This document shows positions 1 to 12,979 of a stretch of DNA of 64,000 bases, in pieces. Position numbers and translations under genes: made by a program. Each line of letters opens with the position of its first letter. The first letter of the stretch is position 1. The notes under the pieces are model-generated. The model made no database searches and was not told the origin of the DNA. It saw only the letters and a program-made list of their open reading frames with translations. Source of the stretch: Squalus acanthias (Eukaryota); contig CM059432.1 in assembly GCA_030390025.1 (NCBI GenBank), positions 21,206,001 through 21,270,000 of the forward strand. The letters run 5' to 3'.

Positions 1-1590
1 GAAACCTATGCATGGAGGCAGAGGGCATGGCTGAGTTACTAAACGAGTAGTTTGCATCTGTCTTCACCAAGGAAGAGGATCCTGCCATAGACATAGTGAA
101 GGAGGAGGTACTGGAGATACTTGATAGGATAAAAAATTGATAAAGAAGAGGTAGTAGAAAGGCTGGCTGTACTTAAAGTAGATAAATCACCAGTAGCAGA
201 TGGGATGCCGTCTAGGATGCTGAGGGAATTGAGGGCGGAAATCGCGGAGGTACTGGCCATAATATTCCAATCCCCTCCTTAGATACGGGGGTGGTGCCAG
301 AGGACTGGAGAATTGCAAATATTACACCATTGGACAAAAGAAAGGGTGTAAAGATAAACCCAGCAACTACAGGCCAGACAATTTAACTTCGGTAGTGGGG
401 AAGCTTTTAGAAACAGTAATCAGGGACAAAATTAACAGTGTCTTGGATAGGTGTGGATTAATTAAGGAAAGCCAGCACAGATTTGTTAAAGGCAAATCGT
501 GTTTAACCAAATTGACCGAGTTTTTTGATGAGGTAACAGAGAGGGTTGATGAGGATAATATGGTTGACGTGGTGTACATGGATTTCTAAAGGGCGCTCGA
601 CAAAGTGCCACATAATAGGTTTGCCAGTAAAGTTGAAGCCCATGGAATAAAAGGAACAGTGGCAGCCTGGATACGAAATTGGCTAAGTGACAGGAAACAG
701 AGAGTAGTGGTGAACGGTTGTTTATTGGATTGGAGGAAGGTATACAGTGGTGTTCCCCAGGGGTCAGTTCTAGGACCACTGCTTTTCTTGATATATATTA
801 ATGACTTGGATGTGGGTGTACAGGGCACAATTTCAAAATTTGCAGATGTCACAAAACTTGGAAGTATAGTGAACAGTGAGGAGGATAGTGATAGACTTCA
901 AGAGGACATAGACAGGCTGGTGGAATGGGCGGACACGTGGCAGATGAAATTTAACACAGAAAAGTGTGAAGTGATACATGTTGGTAGACAGAATGGGGAG
1001 AGGACATATAAACTAAATGGTACAATCCTAAAGGGGGTGCACGATAAGAGAGACCTGGGGGTATGTGTGCACAAATTGTTGAAGGTGGCAGGGCAGGTTG
1101 AGAAAGCAGTTAAGGAGGCTTACAGGATCCTGGGCTTCATAAATAGAGGTATAGAGTACAAAAGCAAGGAAATTATGATGAACCTGTATAAAATACTGGT
1201 TTGGCCCCAGCTGCAGCACTGTGTCCAATTCTGGGCACCACACTTTAGGAAGGATGTGAAGGCAGAAAAGATTTGAGAATGATTCCAGGAATGAGGGACT
1301 TCAGTTACGCTGATAGACTGGAGAAGCTGGGGTTGTTCTCCTTGGAGCAGAGAAGATTGAGAGGAGATTTGATAGAGGTATTCAAAATCATGAGGGGTCT
1401 GGACAGAGTAGATAGAGAGAAGCTGTTCTCATTGGCAGAAGGGTCGAGAACCAGAGGACACAAATTTAAGTTGATTGGCAAAAGAACGAAAGGCGACGTA
1501 AGAAAAACTTTTTTACGCAGCGAGTGGTTAAGATCTGGAATGCACTTCCTGAAAGGGTGGTGGAGGCAGACTCAATCTTATCTTTCATCG
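1..1590 (+). mobile_element. CR1 LINE ORF2 (reverse transcriptase) fragment, degenerate, running off the window start
   Basis: Broken ORFs 395-589, 605-1276 and 1273-1731 carry CR1 RT motifs ([41 protein letters not shown]), with frameshifts and stops. Confidence 0.95.
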
Positions 1591-1740
1591 AGTCTACTGC
1601 ACAGAAACAGGCAATTTGGCCCAACGGGTCCGTGCCGGAGTTTATGTTCCACACGAGCCTCCTCCCACCCCTCTTCATTTCACCCCATCAGCATAACCTT
1701 CTATTCCTTTCTCCCTCATGTGCTTAGCTAGCTTTCCACT
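1588..1740 (-). mobile_element. CR1 3' UTR fragment, inverted
   Basis: Reverse complement resembles the CR1 tail at 63340-63430 (gggaggaggctcgtgtggaacataaactccggcacggacc...). Confidence 0.7.
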
Positions 1741-2937
1741 GCAGTGATCTCATTAGTGCGGTGGGTATACTGGGACAATGTGGTCCATGGGTGAGAATTT
1801 GTGCTTTATAATAAGCTCTTACGTGGTAAGCATCCCTGCCATGTATGCCATGCCCAGAGTCTGAGGAGAGAAGGAGAGGCTGCATCAGACAAGGGGGAAA
1901 AGCTCATATCCACTCAAATTCAATCACTTATCCCAACTTCAATGGGGATTGGCCATGATGAAGAGAACGATATGGGTCATAATGGCCTGACTCCTGTGTC
2001 CTGGGTTTTAATTTGCTCTTGGGATGCGGTGATGACAAGACCACGTTTATTGTTTTCCTGAGGGCCTTTTGAAATCTGCAAAGTTTACCCAGACTAGGTA
2101 ATCCATCCCGGAGGGAACTGATTACCTTTTGTCTGCAGGCATGATGGCTCCCCTTTGACTTAAAGACTTGTGATTCTGCAGCCATTTCCTTCTTTGGTCT
2201 GGAAGGGCCTTGGGGCATCTCATGTGGAGTGGCTGTGGGCCATTCTGCATAACAAAGTTGGATCGGGGCAATGTGTCGCTGAAATATCCTTGCAGGCATC
2301 GGCAGCCCGCCTCAACCATTGTCTTGTCCCTTTTGGTCAAATGATCAACTTGACGTGAGGTCTACGGCCCGCTGCATGTGCAAATGGGAGACTTAATCTA
2401 CTGCAGAGCAGGACTTCTGGAGTTTTGGGGTTATAGGCCACAGGTAGAGAACTTCACTGCTATGGACAGTACCATGCTTGTGGTCAAGGTTGTTTGCAGC
2501 TCAACTGTGGTCAAGATTGTCTCCAGGGACAACTCCATCACTGCCTCCAGGGCAAACATTAGGCTATGAAGGCAGTTGTTTTCTGACAGTCCCAGGCAAC
2601 ACTGTAGGCAAAACTCAATTCATAAGGGCAGGTGCAGACAGATTACCACTCAGTGAAACACTATTACACTAAAGTGCTGCGCTACTACACTGTCATTTCG
2701 CAAATCTATTACTTTGGAAAAAAGTACTGGACCATGTCACATAGCATACTCTTCAATTTAACCAATATACCTTTCAATTTAAGGTACGGCAAAGTGTAAA
2801 AGCTTTCAGTGATTTAACAATGGAAGCAAAAGGCAGCCTGATCTGCACCACTTGGGATTGGTTCATTGAATAACATGTTGCTATGATATGCAATGAATTT
2901 CTTGTAATATCAGCTCACTATAAGTGGGAGACATATA

Positions 2938-3105
2938 GAAGAAAGAGTTGCATTTATATCGTGCCTTTCACAACTTCAGAATGTCCCAAAGCGCTTCACA
3001 GCCACTGAAGTACTTTTTGAAATGTAGTCACTGTTGTGTAGGAAACGCGGCAGCCAATTTGCACACAGCAAGGTCCCACAAACAGCAATGTGTTAATGAC
3101 CAGAT
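2938..3105 (-). mobile_element. SINE 3' tail of L2 type (DeuSINE/SacSINE1-like; family assignment inferred)
   Basis: Reverse complement of aaaagtacttca..ggctgt..agcgctttgggac..gaaaggc.c.atataaatgcaa, a motif recurring five times in the window. Confidence 0.7.
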
Positions 3106-3404
3106 ATATCGGGGCTTTCAAATACCACCCCCCTACCATGGAAGGCATACAGCCTTTCTGTTGAGTTCAAAATGAAGAGGGAGGAGAAAATAAATAAATA
3201 AATATGTAGTGGACGCGCAGGTTGGTTTTAAAAGCCTATAGATTGTAGGAGGAAGGGAAGATTGAGAGAGATAAAGAAATGAGCTTGCATCGTTCAGCTG
3301 CGCTACACATGGGATAGTTGACACGAAACCTATTCACGAATTGCAGAGTACCACATGTGCACAAATGATCTTTTATGCAGTAGCTGGGGTATATGTTCAC
3401 AGGG

Positions 3405-4675
3405 TATACATCCAAAACTCTGCTGCCTGTATCCTAACTCACACAAAGTCCCGTTCGCCCATCACCCCTGTGCTCGCTGACCTATATTGGCTCCCGGTCC
3501 GGCAACACCTCCATTTTAAAATGATCATCCTTGTTTTCAAACCCCTCCATTGCCTCGCCCCTCCCTATCTCTCTAAACTCCTCCAGCCCTACAACCCTCT
3601 GGGATCTCTGCGCTCCTCCAATTCTGGCCTCTTCAGCATCCCCGATTTTAATCGCTCCACCATTGGCGGCCGTGCTTTCAGCTGCCTAGGCCCTAAACTC
3701 CAGAGTTCCCTCCCTAAATCTATCTACCTCTCTACCTCTCCTCCTTGAAGATGCTCTTTAAAACCTACTTCTTTGACCAAAATTTTAGTCATCTGTCCTA
3801 ATATCTCCTTATGTGACACGGTGTCAAATTTTGTTTGATAACGCTCCTGTGAAGTGCCTTGGGATGTTTTACAATGGCCCGAAAATTAGACCTAATGCAG
3901 GAGAGTACGCACTGTGTACTCTCGCGTATTAAGTCCCGAAGTGCCGGTTTCCTGCATGCATTGCGCATGCGTGGGAAACCGGCACTTCAGGTATTGCAAA
4001 GGGGGCGGTTCCTAAGTGAACCGCGTGCACGCTACAGGTTGCGCGCACGCAGCACACTTAGTTTTTTTTTCAGGTTTGAACGCGCAGGTAAGTGTTGAAG
4101 ATTTTACACATAAAGAAAGCAGGCGTAAGACCCCCTTTTAACAAGGTAAGTAGTTAATTAAGTATTATTTTAAATTTTTTTCAACAGGTTTATCTTTTTT
4201 AGAGACTTTAAAGAAAGGTAAGTTCATTTTTATAACTTTTAAAAAGAATTTAAATTTTTTCAAAAATTTAAATTTTTGTTTAAAGTGGTTAATTTATTTA
4301 ACTATAGTTATTTTATTAATGTGATGGCTTTTTAAAAAAATTAATTGAGGTTTAGCTGTTCTATTGGGGGCTTGTTGTATTCATAGTTTTGACAGCTGTT
4401 GCTGTCAAAACTATGAATGAAAGATGGTGTGCTGCCATTGGCTCTAACTGGCCCACGTGATCCCAGAGGTAGCATCGAACTAACTGCGCCTCTGGGACAC
4501 GCACACACTGCGCGCCGGCACCAGGGAGAGGCCCAGGAACTGAAGTTCGTGTAGGCCAAAACCATAAAGGTAGACGCGGAGTGCGATATCGCGGGGGATC
4601 CTTACCCCCGCGGCAACCATCGAACTCCAATTTCTGGGCCTATGTTAAAAGCACTACATAAATGTAAGTTGTTGG
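3405..4675 (+). mobile_element. L2 LINE 3' end, with its tail split by a MITE
   Basis: IQNSAACILTHTKSRSPITPVLADLYWLPV...GGRAFSCLGP is the typical L2 ORF2 C-terminus. The tail gggatgttttac..|tatgttaaaagcactacataaatgtaagtttgttg resumes after 4640. Confidence 0.88.
3876..4640. mobile_element. Non-autonomous PIF/Harbinger-type element (MITE)
   Basis: TIRs ggcccgaaaatt / aatttctgggcc; flanks aat/tat (3-bp TSD, one mismatch); interrupts an L2 tail. Confidence 0.8.
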
Positions 4676-5454
4676 AGGAGCAGAAGAGAATTTTTGTTTA
4701 ACTCCTTTAAAGGCCACTGGTAAATCATTGGCATGTAGTCAGGTAGGGCATCACAATCATGCACATTGGCAAGGTTGGCACTTTTACTTTCCAATCTGTG
4801 TGCAGGATCCAAGCTATGGTCCTTTGTAATCCCATTAGTGCTCTGCTAAGATCCTTTTCTCATGCAAGTCTATCATCCTGCTTCCAATTGTCTCCCGTGA
4901 GCATCTTGAATCAGATTATTACTGCCAATAAGTACTTAAGGTTTTCTTTCTAAATTGTCTCTTTAGGCAATTTGTGTAGACTTCAGTTCTACAAATTATA
5001 CTGATTCAGTATTTCCAAGGGCATTTGTGAGCCTTCTGTTTAAAACCCAGCTCTTTACCAGAATATTGCTGAAAAAATATCACCTTTATCCTCACAAATT
5101 GTCCATGAGTTTGAAATACTCCCATTTTTGCTGTAAATGTCAATCAAAATATGTTTTGCCTGTGTGCTATTATGAGCTTTATTTTATTTGCACTTCTTAA
5201 AAAGCTAATTTGATATATGTGTAATCTGCTTGTATTTTTGATAAGAAGATGTATGCTCATTGAGGTAAGAGGCAGCAAAACTATTTTTCTCACAATGATA
5301 GTGCTAAGAACCCCGAAGCCAATTTGGACGTTTGATGAATGTCCTTATTAATTCACTGTACTATAACTCCACAGGAAAAAAACTGTGTAATGCTGTTACA
5401 ATGTTCTGATGCCTTTTTTGCAATAGCGTCAGCTTGGTTCACTTTCATTTTATA

Positions 5455-5800
5455 ATCCCTTGAGTATAGAAGATTGAAGGGTGATCTGAGCGAGATGTTT
5501 AAAATGATATAAGGATTCGATAGGGTAGATAATCAGAAACAATTTCCTCTGGTGCGGGAATCCAGAACAAGAAAATTGTAGCCAGACCATTCAGGACTGA
5601 AATCAGGAATCACTTCTTCACACAAAGGGTGGTAGAAATCTGGAACTCTCTCCCCCAAAAGGCTATTGATGCTGGGTCAGTTGAAACTTTCAAGAAAGAG
5701 ATTGCTGGATTTTTGTTAGGTAAGGGTATGAAGGGATTTGGAGCAAAGGCGGGTGAATGGGCTTGATCAGCCATGATTAATTGAATGATGGAGCAGGCTT
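5455..5800 (+). mobile_element. CR1 3' fragment
   Basis: cttcttcacacaaagggtggtagaaatctggaactc (FFTQRVVEIWNS) plus the gatcagccatgat tail. Confidence 0.85.
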
Positions 5801-5899
5801 TGTCACAAAGTGATGAAGGTGGACATTTCTTTGGGGTTTCAAAAGAGTTGTATGATCTAGATGAGGAAGACAGTTTCATGAAGGCACAACAAATGCAGA

Positions 5900-6260
5900 T
5901 GTAACAGAGGTATTTTTTCCACACCTGTCAGAGCCCAGAACCTGCATTTGCAGACCCCATCAGACTTACCTGAATCATAATAGAGGAGATCTGTCTTTGC
6001 TACCGAACTTCACAAGAGATGCTCACCGTTATGCCATTTGTTGCAGGTTGACCTGCAGATTACATCTAGAGCAATGATGGCTCTTGTCAGAACACAGAAG
6101 GTATTCACAGCATTAAGCTTTTATGCTACTGGGTCCTTCCAAGCCACCACAGAGGACACCTGCAAGATCTGTAGTCTGCATTGTACATGCATATCAATAA
6201 AAAAAAATGCAATGTTTGCAACGGGCAACATGCTTATCACTGTCCCTGTACAATAAATGT
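5900..6260 (+). pseudogene. Harbinger (HARBI1-like) transposase N-terminal remnant
   Basis: KVFTALSFYATGSFQATTEDTC matches the Harbinger transposase ALxFYATGSFQ helix-turn-helix motif. Confidence 0.75.
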
Positions 6261-7404
6261 ATTAAGTGATTTTTCCATGAACAAGTGTTTCTAAAGCCTA
6301 CCCACTGTGCTTCCCCTTGGTGACTCTATAAGGTGTACATCTCCTACTTCTTAGCCTAGTGCTATGCCTAACTGCTACCTGAGTGGAGAGGCAAGGCTGC
6401 TGTTGTTCATTGAGTGCCTCAAGGTATAGAGGGGGGGTTGAATCTCTGGGTGCAGGATGATGAGATGGTCCTGCCACAGCTGGAACCACATCTGAAAAGG
6501 CAATAGCTGTTATCTGGCTCTTCACCAAACCTTTGAAGGGGCACGCTGGATCAGACAGATCTGCTGTCACCCTGAGTCAAAGCCATCTCATCTGTCTCTT
6601 GCCCCATGTGCCAAGCGCAGGAAGACGAGTGATCTTTCCGAGAGCAGATCAAAGTATTCAATGCCAACATGGATGTCTCCAGCCAATCATCTCAACCTGT
6701 CCAATCTGGCCACAACAAAATCTTGTAATTTAAAGCTCAAGATCTCAATTAGCTACAATCACACTATTTGTAAGAGGGCCTGTGTCTGGTTTGGCCTCTC
6801 TCTGTTCTCAGGGCTCTTGTACAGATGACTATGAAGTTGCCCAAGATGAACTGCAGTCGTGAAAATCCATGACACATTATTGCACAGATGTCAGAGTCAG
6901 AGGTGCATTCCTCTACATTCTCAGGCAACCCTTGCAGGGTGTTTGTGATAATCTCAAAAAATGGGACAAAGGTCATCAATCAACTCCCTTCTGAAGGCAA
7001 GCCCAGTAAGGTACCAATCTCTGATCCATATAAGAGGAACACCTCCGATTGCCTTGACTACTACTTGGGTTGACACCTGCACTTGATCCTATTCACTTTT
7101 GATAAGTAAGGGTTATGCTAAGTAACAGACAGGCATACATTGCACAACAAGAGCATAGCAACCAGTACATGGTCATTTGAGGTGCTCCTTTAAACTCACT
7201 ATCTAAATGCTGCATGGTTTGAGGATCTGCTCCAGGACTTATACCACGTGGAATGTGTACTACGGCCTACTGTGATGTACTCAGTTCCTGGCTGCCAGCA
7301 GTTGCCACTGCCTCATCTTGGGAAAAGAAAAGGAAGATGGGGTGCAGGCCTTGCAGGATGGGACGCCTTCTAAAAGACAGGTAGGATGATAATACAGTCC
7401 TTAA

Positions 7405-8030
7405 GGGTGACCCCGAGCTTCCGGTCGCTTGTCATTTTAATTCACCTCTCCACGCCCACTCAGACCTCACCGTCCTCGGCCTCGTGCATTGTTCCACGGA
7501 AGCTCAGCGTAAGCTCGAGGAACAGCACCTCTACTTTTGTTTAGGCACTTTACAGCCTTCCGGACTCAATATCGAGTTCAACAAGTTCAGATCATAACCT
7601 CGGCCCCTACCACATATATATATATATATATACACACACATTTTATCCACCCTTTATGGTTTGTGCCTTTTTCCTTTTTTTTCTCTCTCCCCCTACGGCA
7701 GCTGTCTCTCATTCTGCCAGCATTTCACACTTCACACTCCTGCCACCTTTTGTTTCTTAACCTGTCCCATTACCATCTCGTCTTGCCTTGAGCATCTCTT
7801 AATGTCTCTACTTACCATAGACCACCCCTTTTGTTCTTTTATTCCTTCCCCCAGCCTCCCCCTTGCTTTTTTATCTGTTTCATTTCCTGCTTTTTTCTCA
7901 GTTCTGATGAAGGGTTTCGACCTGAAACGTTAACTCTGTTTCTCTCTCCACAGATGTTGCCTGGCCTGCTGAGTTTTTCCAGCGTTGCCTGTTGTTGTTT
8001 CAATTTTCCAGCATCCGCAGTATTTTGCTA
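7405..8030 (+). mobile_element. Penelope-like element 3' end: GIY-YIG C-terminus plus pLTR
   Basis: 7412-7597 translates PELPVACHFNSPLHAHSDLTVLGLVHCSTEAQRKLEEQHLYFCLGTLQPSGLNIEFNKFRS*, the typical PLE GIY-YIG end. It is followed by a pyrimidine-rich UTR and a hammerhead-bearing repeat. Confidence 0.88.
7899..7935 (+). ncRNA. Minimal type I hammerhead ribozyme motif (PLE-associated)
   Basis: agtt-CTGATGA-agggtttcgacct-GAAAC-GTT-aact: core boxes, stem II, stem I (agtt/aact) and a palindromic ACGT in place of stem III. Confidence 0.75.
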
Positions 8031-8131
8031 TCGTAGGATGATAATGTATTGTGTGCCATGCTATTGTAATGCAAATGTTTGCCTGTGTGCTACTTAGCAC
8101 AGTTTATACTCACAGCAGTCAGGATAACAAT

Positions 8132-8900
8132 GGCCAGAATTTTTACCTGGAGACCCACTGGGTTTGGGGCAGTGGGGGGACCTAGTAGAACGCGGGAAAT
8201 TTTTAAACTCCACATCGTGCGTATGACGTAACGGAGAGGTTCCCCGCCCAGAAGTCAGCCTGATTGACAGGCTGGCTTCCAGTCAGGTGGGGAGCGCTGG
8301 AGAAGAACCACAACCCCAGGTAGATGTGAGGCCTGACCGGGGTGGGGGGGGTTTTACGATCCTCGACCCTGGGGGGCGGGGGGTGGGAGAGGTCCGAATC
8401 TGGGGTGCGTCTGATCCCTGACCCCGCGGGAGGTCTGATCCCGGGGTGCTCGATCCCGTCCCCAGGGGTGCAATCCGGGGGGTGGGCAGAGTGCGATCGT
8501 GGGATGGGTTTGTATGGGGGAGGGGAGGGCGGTGACAGTGGGGGAGGTTGAGGGCCGGGGAGGAGAAGCACTACTGCTCCTCCCAGCTCACGAGGAGTGC
8601 TCCCTGAGGCTGTCCTCACCTCGCTGCAGCTGCCGGAATTCCCCAGGCCCGGGAACCCCGGCCGGCCACAGTTAAACCTGCACAACAGGTTAAATCCGAG
8701 GCTTCCAGCCGCATTATCATATTTAAAGTGGTAGCACGCCTCCTGACAGCAGCTTGGTTGCCAGCCCCCCGTCCCACCTCTGCTAAAACCTGATGTGGGC
8801 GGGTTGGAGGCGGGTTAGGGTCGGGTTTCAGGTTTTTAACACTTTAACCTCGCACCCGACCCCAACCCACCCGTTTTTTGGGGTTAAAATCCCCCCCCCC
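8132..8900. mobile_element. Harbinger-type MITE, GC-rich
   Basis: Ends ggccagaatttttacc / gggttaaaatccccc; internal similarity to the other MITEs here; TSD unclear. Confidence 0.6.
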
Positions 8901-9287
8901 CATGAAACCGTATCGATTAGTACAACAAAGATCAGCATAGTTACCATAATGGTAAAAAAGGGGCTGTGCTGTTTCTTTTTATTTTGTTTGCAATTATTGC
9001 TTTATAATATTTCATTTAAACAATATGAAATTAAGAACTAATGGAGGAAACTGATACAGTTGTAGCTTTTCAACTGCTAGAAGCACTTCTTGTCATGACT
9101 ATTATTCTCATCGAACCTAAGATTGCTTTGCTTGAATAAATTTTCATTGATTTATCTCAAGTAGTATTTATTTTTCAGTGCAGACTGTTTTTATATATTT
9201 ATTTTAAAAATGTATCTTTCCTTTCTGCCCCCCCCCCCGCCCCCCCACCTCATACCATACACTATTTATCTCCCAAGATAATGGCTC

Positions 9288-9378
9288 TACACTTCAAAAA
9301 GTACTTCATTGGCTGTAAAATGCTTTGGGATGTCTGGTGGTCGTGGAAGGCGCTATATAAATGCAAGTCTTTCTTTTT
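9288..9378 (+). mobile_element. L2-type SINE tail fragment
   Basis: acacttcaaaaagtacttcattggctgtaaaatgctttggga...ggcgctatataaatgcaagtctt. Confidence 0.7.
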
Positions 9379-10502
9379 TTGGATAAGTGGCCAACTGAGT
9401 GGATAAGTGACCAACTTCTTGTATAACACCCTCCCAAATCACACCTTCCCCCACATCTACACCCCCCAATCACACCCCTCCCCCCACATCTACACCACCA
9501 CTGATCGCACTCACCCCCCTCACATCTACGCCCGATACACACACCTCCCCCACATCTGCACCATACAGCACAGAAAGAGGCCATTTGGCCCATCTTTGAA
9601 AGAGCTATCCAATAAGTAACACTCCCCATAGCCCCGCAAATGTTTTTATCCAATTCCAACTTGGTGGATAAGTGATGAACTTCTTGGCTTCTGCCATTTA
9701 TTACATTCGCACTAAATATTAAGACATCTATGAAAAATAGCCCAAGGTGACTTGCCTGCTGATCTTCCTATTCCTTGCTCTCTGTGAAAAAGCATGTATA
9801 CCCCACTCTGTACCTCCTCCGAGAGGACTGGGCTTAGTTCAGCAAGATTACACAGTTGACATATTTATGAATTCATATTTTAAATCATATCTTATCTATA
9901 TTTGATGCATATGCATTTACCAGATTAAACAATTCGCAGAGGTGAAACTGAAGAGCATTGCGGTTTCTGTCCCTCCAGCAAATCTACCACAACATCAGTC
10001 TGTAGGTAGGTATTAAAATTAATTTTATTCGCTGCTTCTCATCATCCTTTCTGTGACATCTCTTCTCACTTTGTTCTCCTGCTGTTTTTTTTTCACAGAG
10101 TACAGATAGAATCCACATTGTTAGAATATGTTGAACAGTTTCAGTATCATCATCACCTCCATCAGTATTGCATAATATGTCATGTATAATGCAACGAGTC
10201 AGCCAATTGAGGTGGTGGAGATCAATCTGCATATTTAAGATCTGTCAAAGATGATCTTGACTGCCTTAACCAGCACAAATCCCATATACATACATGCTGT
10301 GTGTTCTAGACGTCTCCAAGTGTTAAGTCAAGTCTCCACACACTCAGTGCCTCTCTCTCTCTCTCTCTCTTCCCCCCACTCTGAGCAACATTGGAAAATG
10401 ACACACACCATGGAATGACTCCCACCTCTTATGATTCACCTGCCAAGATTTTCTTCTTCACTGAAGTCTGTGTTTGGGAACGAGGTCATTTAAAGGGATA
10501 TT

Positions 10503-11062
10503 GGCCTCAATTTTTACTCCCCCTTTCTGGTTGAAAGCCGGCAAGGGGAGCAGTTCAAATGGAGCTGGCCGATTGCAATTTTAAATTGCAGAGGCAAGGA
10601 CACCTGCCCCAAAGCTGGTGGGGTCCTCTATTAAATATGCAGGTCGGGCTCTGGTGACATCATCAAAGCCCAATCTGCCATTTTAACCCGAGGGCTGAAC
10701 AGTGGTGGCTCAGCTAGGACTAGAAAAAGTCCAGAAAGGTTAATTTTTTTTTCCTGTTTCCTTCGGGCCCCACAAGGAAACCTTGGGCCTTACTTGCCCT
10801 GGGCTGCCACCCTCCCTGATCAAGATTTACCTGGCTGGCGGGGGAACATTCCCTCAGGTCCTGGCAGCGTCTTCATGCCTCCTGAATTTCTGTTCCCGCC
10901 TGCTGTCAGGCGGTGATTCCTGCCGAGTTCGGACAGGCGTCCGATCCTGAATATGGAAACGAGGCCTCGGAGCTAAAATCTCACTGGGCCTCGACATGCA
11001 AGCCTGTTGCTGGCCTCGATCCTCCGCTTGAATCGATTCCTCCCCGAGTTAAAATTGAGGCC
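10503..11062. mobile_element. Harbinger MITE, 560 bp
   Basis: TIRs GGCCTCAATTTTTACTC / GAGTTAAAATTGAGGCC (16/17 match); perfect TSD ATT (10500-10502, 11063-11065). Confidence 0.9.
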
Positions 11063-11159
11063 ATTATCACTATACAGAGAGAAGTGCCCACTCAGATGAA
11101 GTTCCTACAAATATCAGGACTGGCTTCCTCAGAAAACTTTCTTGAAGAAGGACGGACTG

Positions 11160-11300
11160 ACTTGCATTTAAATATTGCCTTTCACAACTTCAGGGTGTCC
11201 CAAAGCACTTCACAGCCAATTTGCACACAGCAAGGTCTGCAAGCAACAATGAGATAAATGAGCAGATTGAGTGATAAATATTGGCCAGGACTGATCTTTT
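11160..11300 (-). mobile_element. L2-type SINE tail fragment
   Basis: cttgcatttaaatattgcctttcacaacttcagggtgtcccaaagcacttcacagccaat, same family as 2938-3105. Confidence 0.65.
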
Positions 11301-11357
11301 TCATAGGTGAGAATGTTAGCACTGAGTCAAGGCTGACACCACTCTGTAACCACCCTC

Positions 11358-12657
11358 TCCCCGAAATTACATGGCCAGCCTAAGGGAAGAGAAGCTGCCC
11401 TAATAAGACACGCCTGTTTGAAAGTCTGGTTTTAGCACACAGTTTGGGTCCTAATTGCTGATTACCGTAATTTGAACTTGCCTGGAGATGCTAAACCAGA
11501 CGCCTGCAGGTTTAGCACTCAAGTGCTGATTAGACACAATTTTCATGGAGCAGTATAGGTGGACTCCACTCACCCACTTCCACTGAAGGTGTGGAGTGGG
11601 CTGGCCGACACAGAGCAGCAGGTTTCAGGATGGCTCAGGGACTGAGTGAGAGGGCGCACATGTTCTCGGATGCGGCACTGGAGGTCCCGGTGGAGGAGGT
11701 CCAGAGGAGGAGGGATGTCCTGTACCCGCAAGGGTGGAAGGAGTCCACCTCACCCTCCTGTCCCTCTCTCCTACATTACAACAGTGACTACACTTCAAAA
11801 AGTACTTCATTGGCTGGAAAGCACTTTGGGCCGTCCAGTGGTTGTGAAAGGCACTACATAAATGCAAGTCTTTCTTTGTTTCTCCTCCTCAACCTCCTCC
11901 TCTTCCTCTTGTGGCTTCTGAGCTTGACCCTCTGGCACAATTGCTGTTGGTAACGGCTGGTCTCTCATGATCGCAGCAAGTCACCACGAATCTGGAGCCC
12001 TGCTCGCTCTTCTGTCCCTCTCTCTTCCAGCAGCTGGTGCTGCTCTGCCTGGCCTCATCTCCTCCTCCCATTTCTCCTGCAGACCAAAGAGGACCCCGAA
12101 CAAGATGCCCATGACCAAGCACTCCCTTTCTCCTGCAGACTCCTATAAGGTGTCCAATAAGGTAGAGCAGCACAGCACTTACTCTTTTCAGGTGAAGTCC
12201 TCGGCGAATTTCCAGAATAAATGTTGTTAGCGTGTTGGGGAAGTCTTGACAAAGTGTCCCAGAAAGTCTCCCAATGTGTTTCAAAAGTCCTCTTCAAACC
12301 TCCAGCAGCAAGTTAACAGTGAAAGGTGATATACCTTTAAGTAGTGATCGAAATCCTCTGCAACGTCTTGTTTACTCCCAATCATCAGACCGCTGTTAGG
12401 AGAGGACATTAGTTCAAGTGCTAGCCACTAAAATGCCATGCAGCCTCCTTAATGAGTGCTAACAGGCAATTTAAGTGACAATCAGCCCCTTAACGATTCT
12501 CTGGTCGGCTATTCCTAGCACAAGCTTCAACCCCTTTACCAAGATGGCGTATCTTGCGCTAAACACGGGCTAAACCAACGTTTCAGCTTAAGACCCCCCA
12601 ACTTGGCCACCTCAGAGGCTCATTAGCAGCAAAAGTAGCTGGGTAAAATCGCCTCCA
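11358..12657. mobile_element. Internally deleted Harbinger element: Myb/SANT ORF start on +, with a SINE tail at 11775-11876
   Basis: MAQGLSERAHMFSDAALEVPVEEVQRRRDVLYP is a Myb/SANT-like Harbinger ORF N-terminus; the right end gggtaaaatcgcctcc is TIR-like. Confidence 0.65.
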
Positions 12658-12979
12658 TAAATTTTTGAAACACACACTACTTCCTGCTGTGATGAAAAGT
12701 CAAAGGTTGTTTTCAATGTGTGTTACTTTGTATAGTTGGTTAGGGTGTTTAATGTATTGTCAATAATAACTGAAGTGAATTATCAAACATATTACTGTCT
12801 CTAGTTGTATGAATCTTTATAATGGGAAAAAGACTTATCCAACACTCTCCTCTCCTCCTCCTCCTCCTCCTCACGTTTTCCCCCTCTCCTCCTCTCTCCC
12901 TTTGATACATCACTTCTCCCTCACCCTCCGTTCCTCCCCTCCTCACCCTTCTCCCCTCTCTCATTTTCCCTCCTCTTTC

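Noticed and set aside
9399..9685. Imperfect 22-bp direct repeat gtggataagtga..aacttctt around a C-rich segment and CR1-like tail
   Set aside because: It may be an old TSD, but it is too degenerate to define an element.
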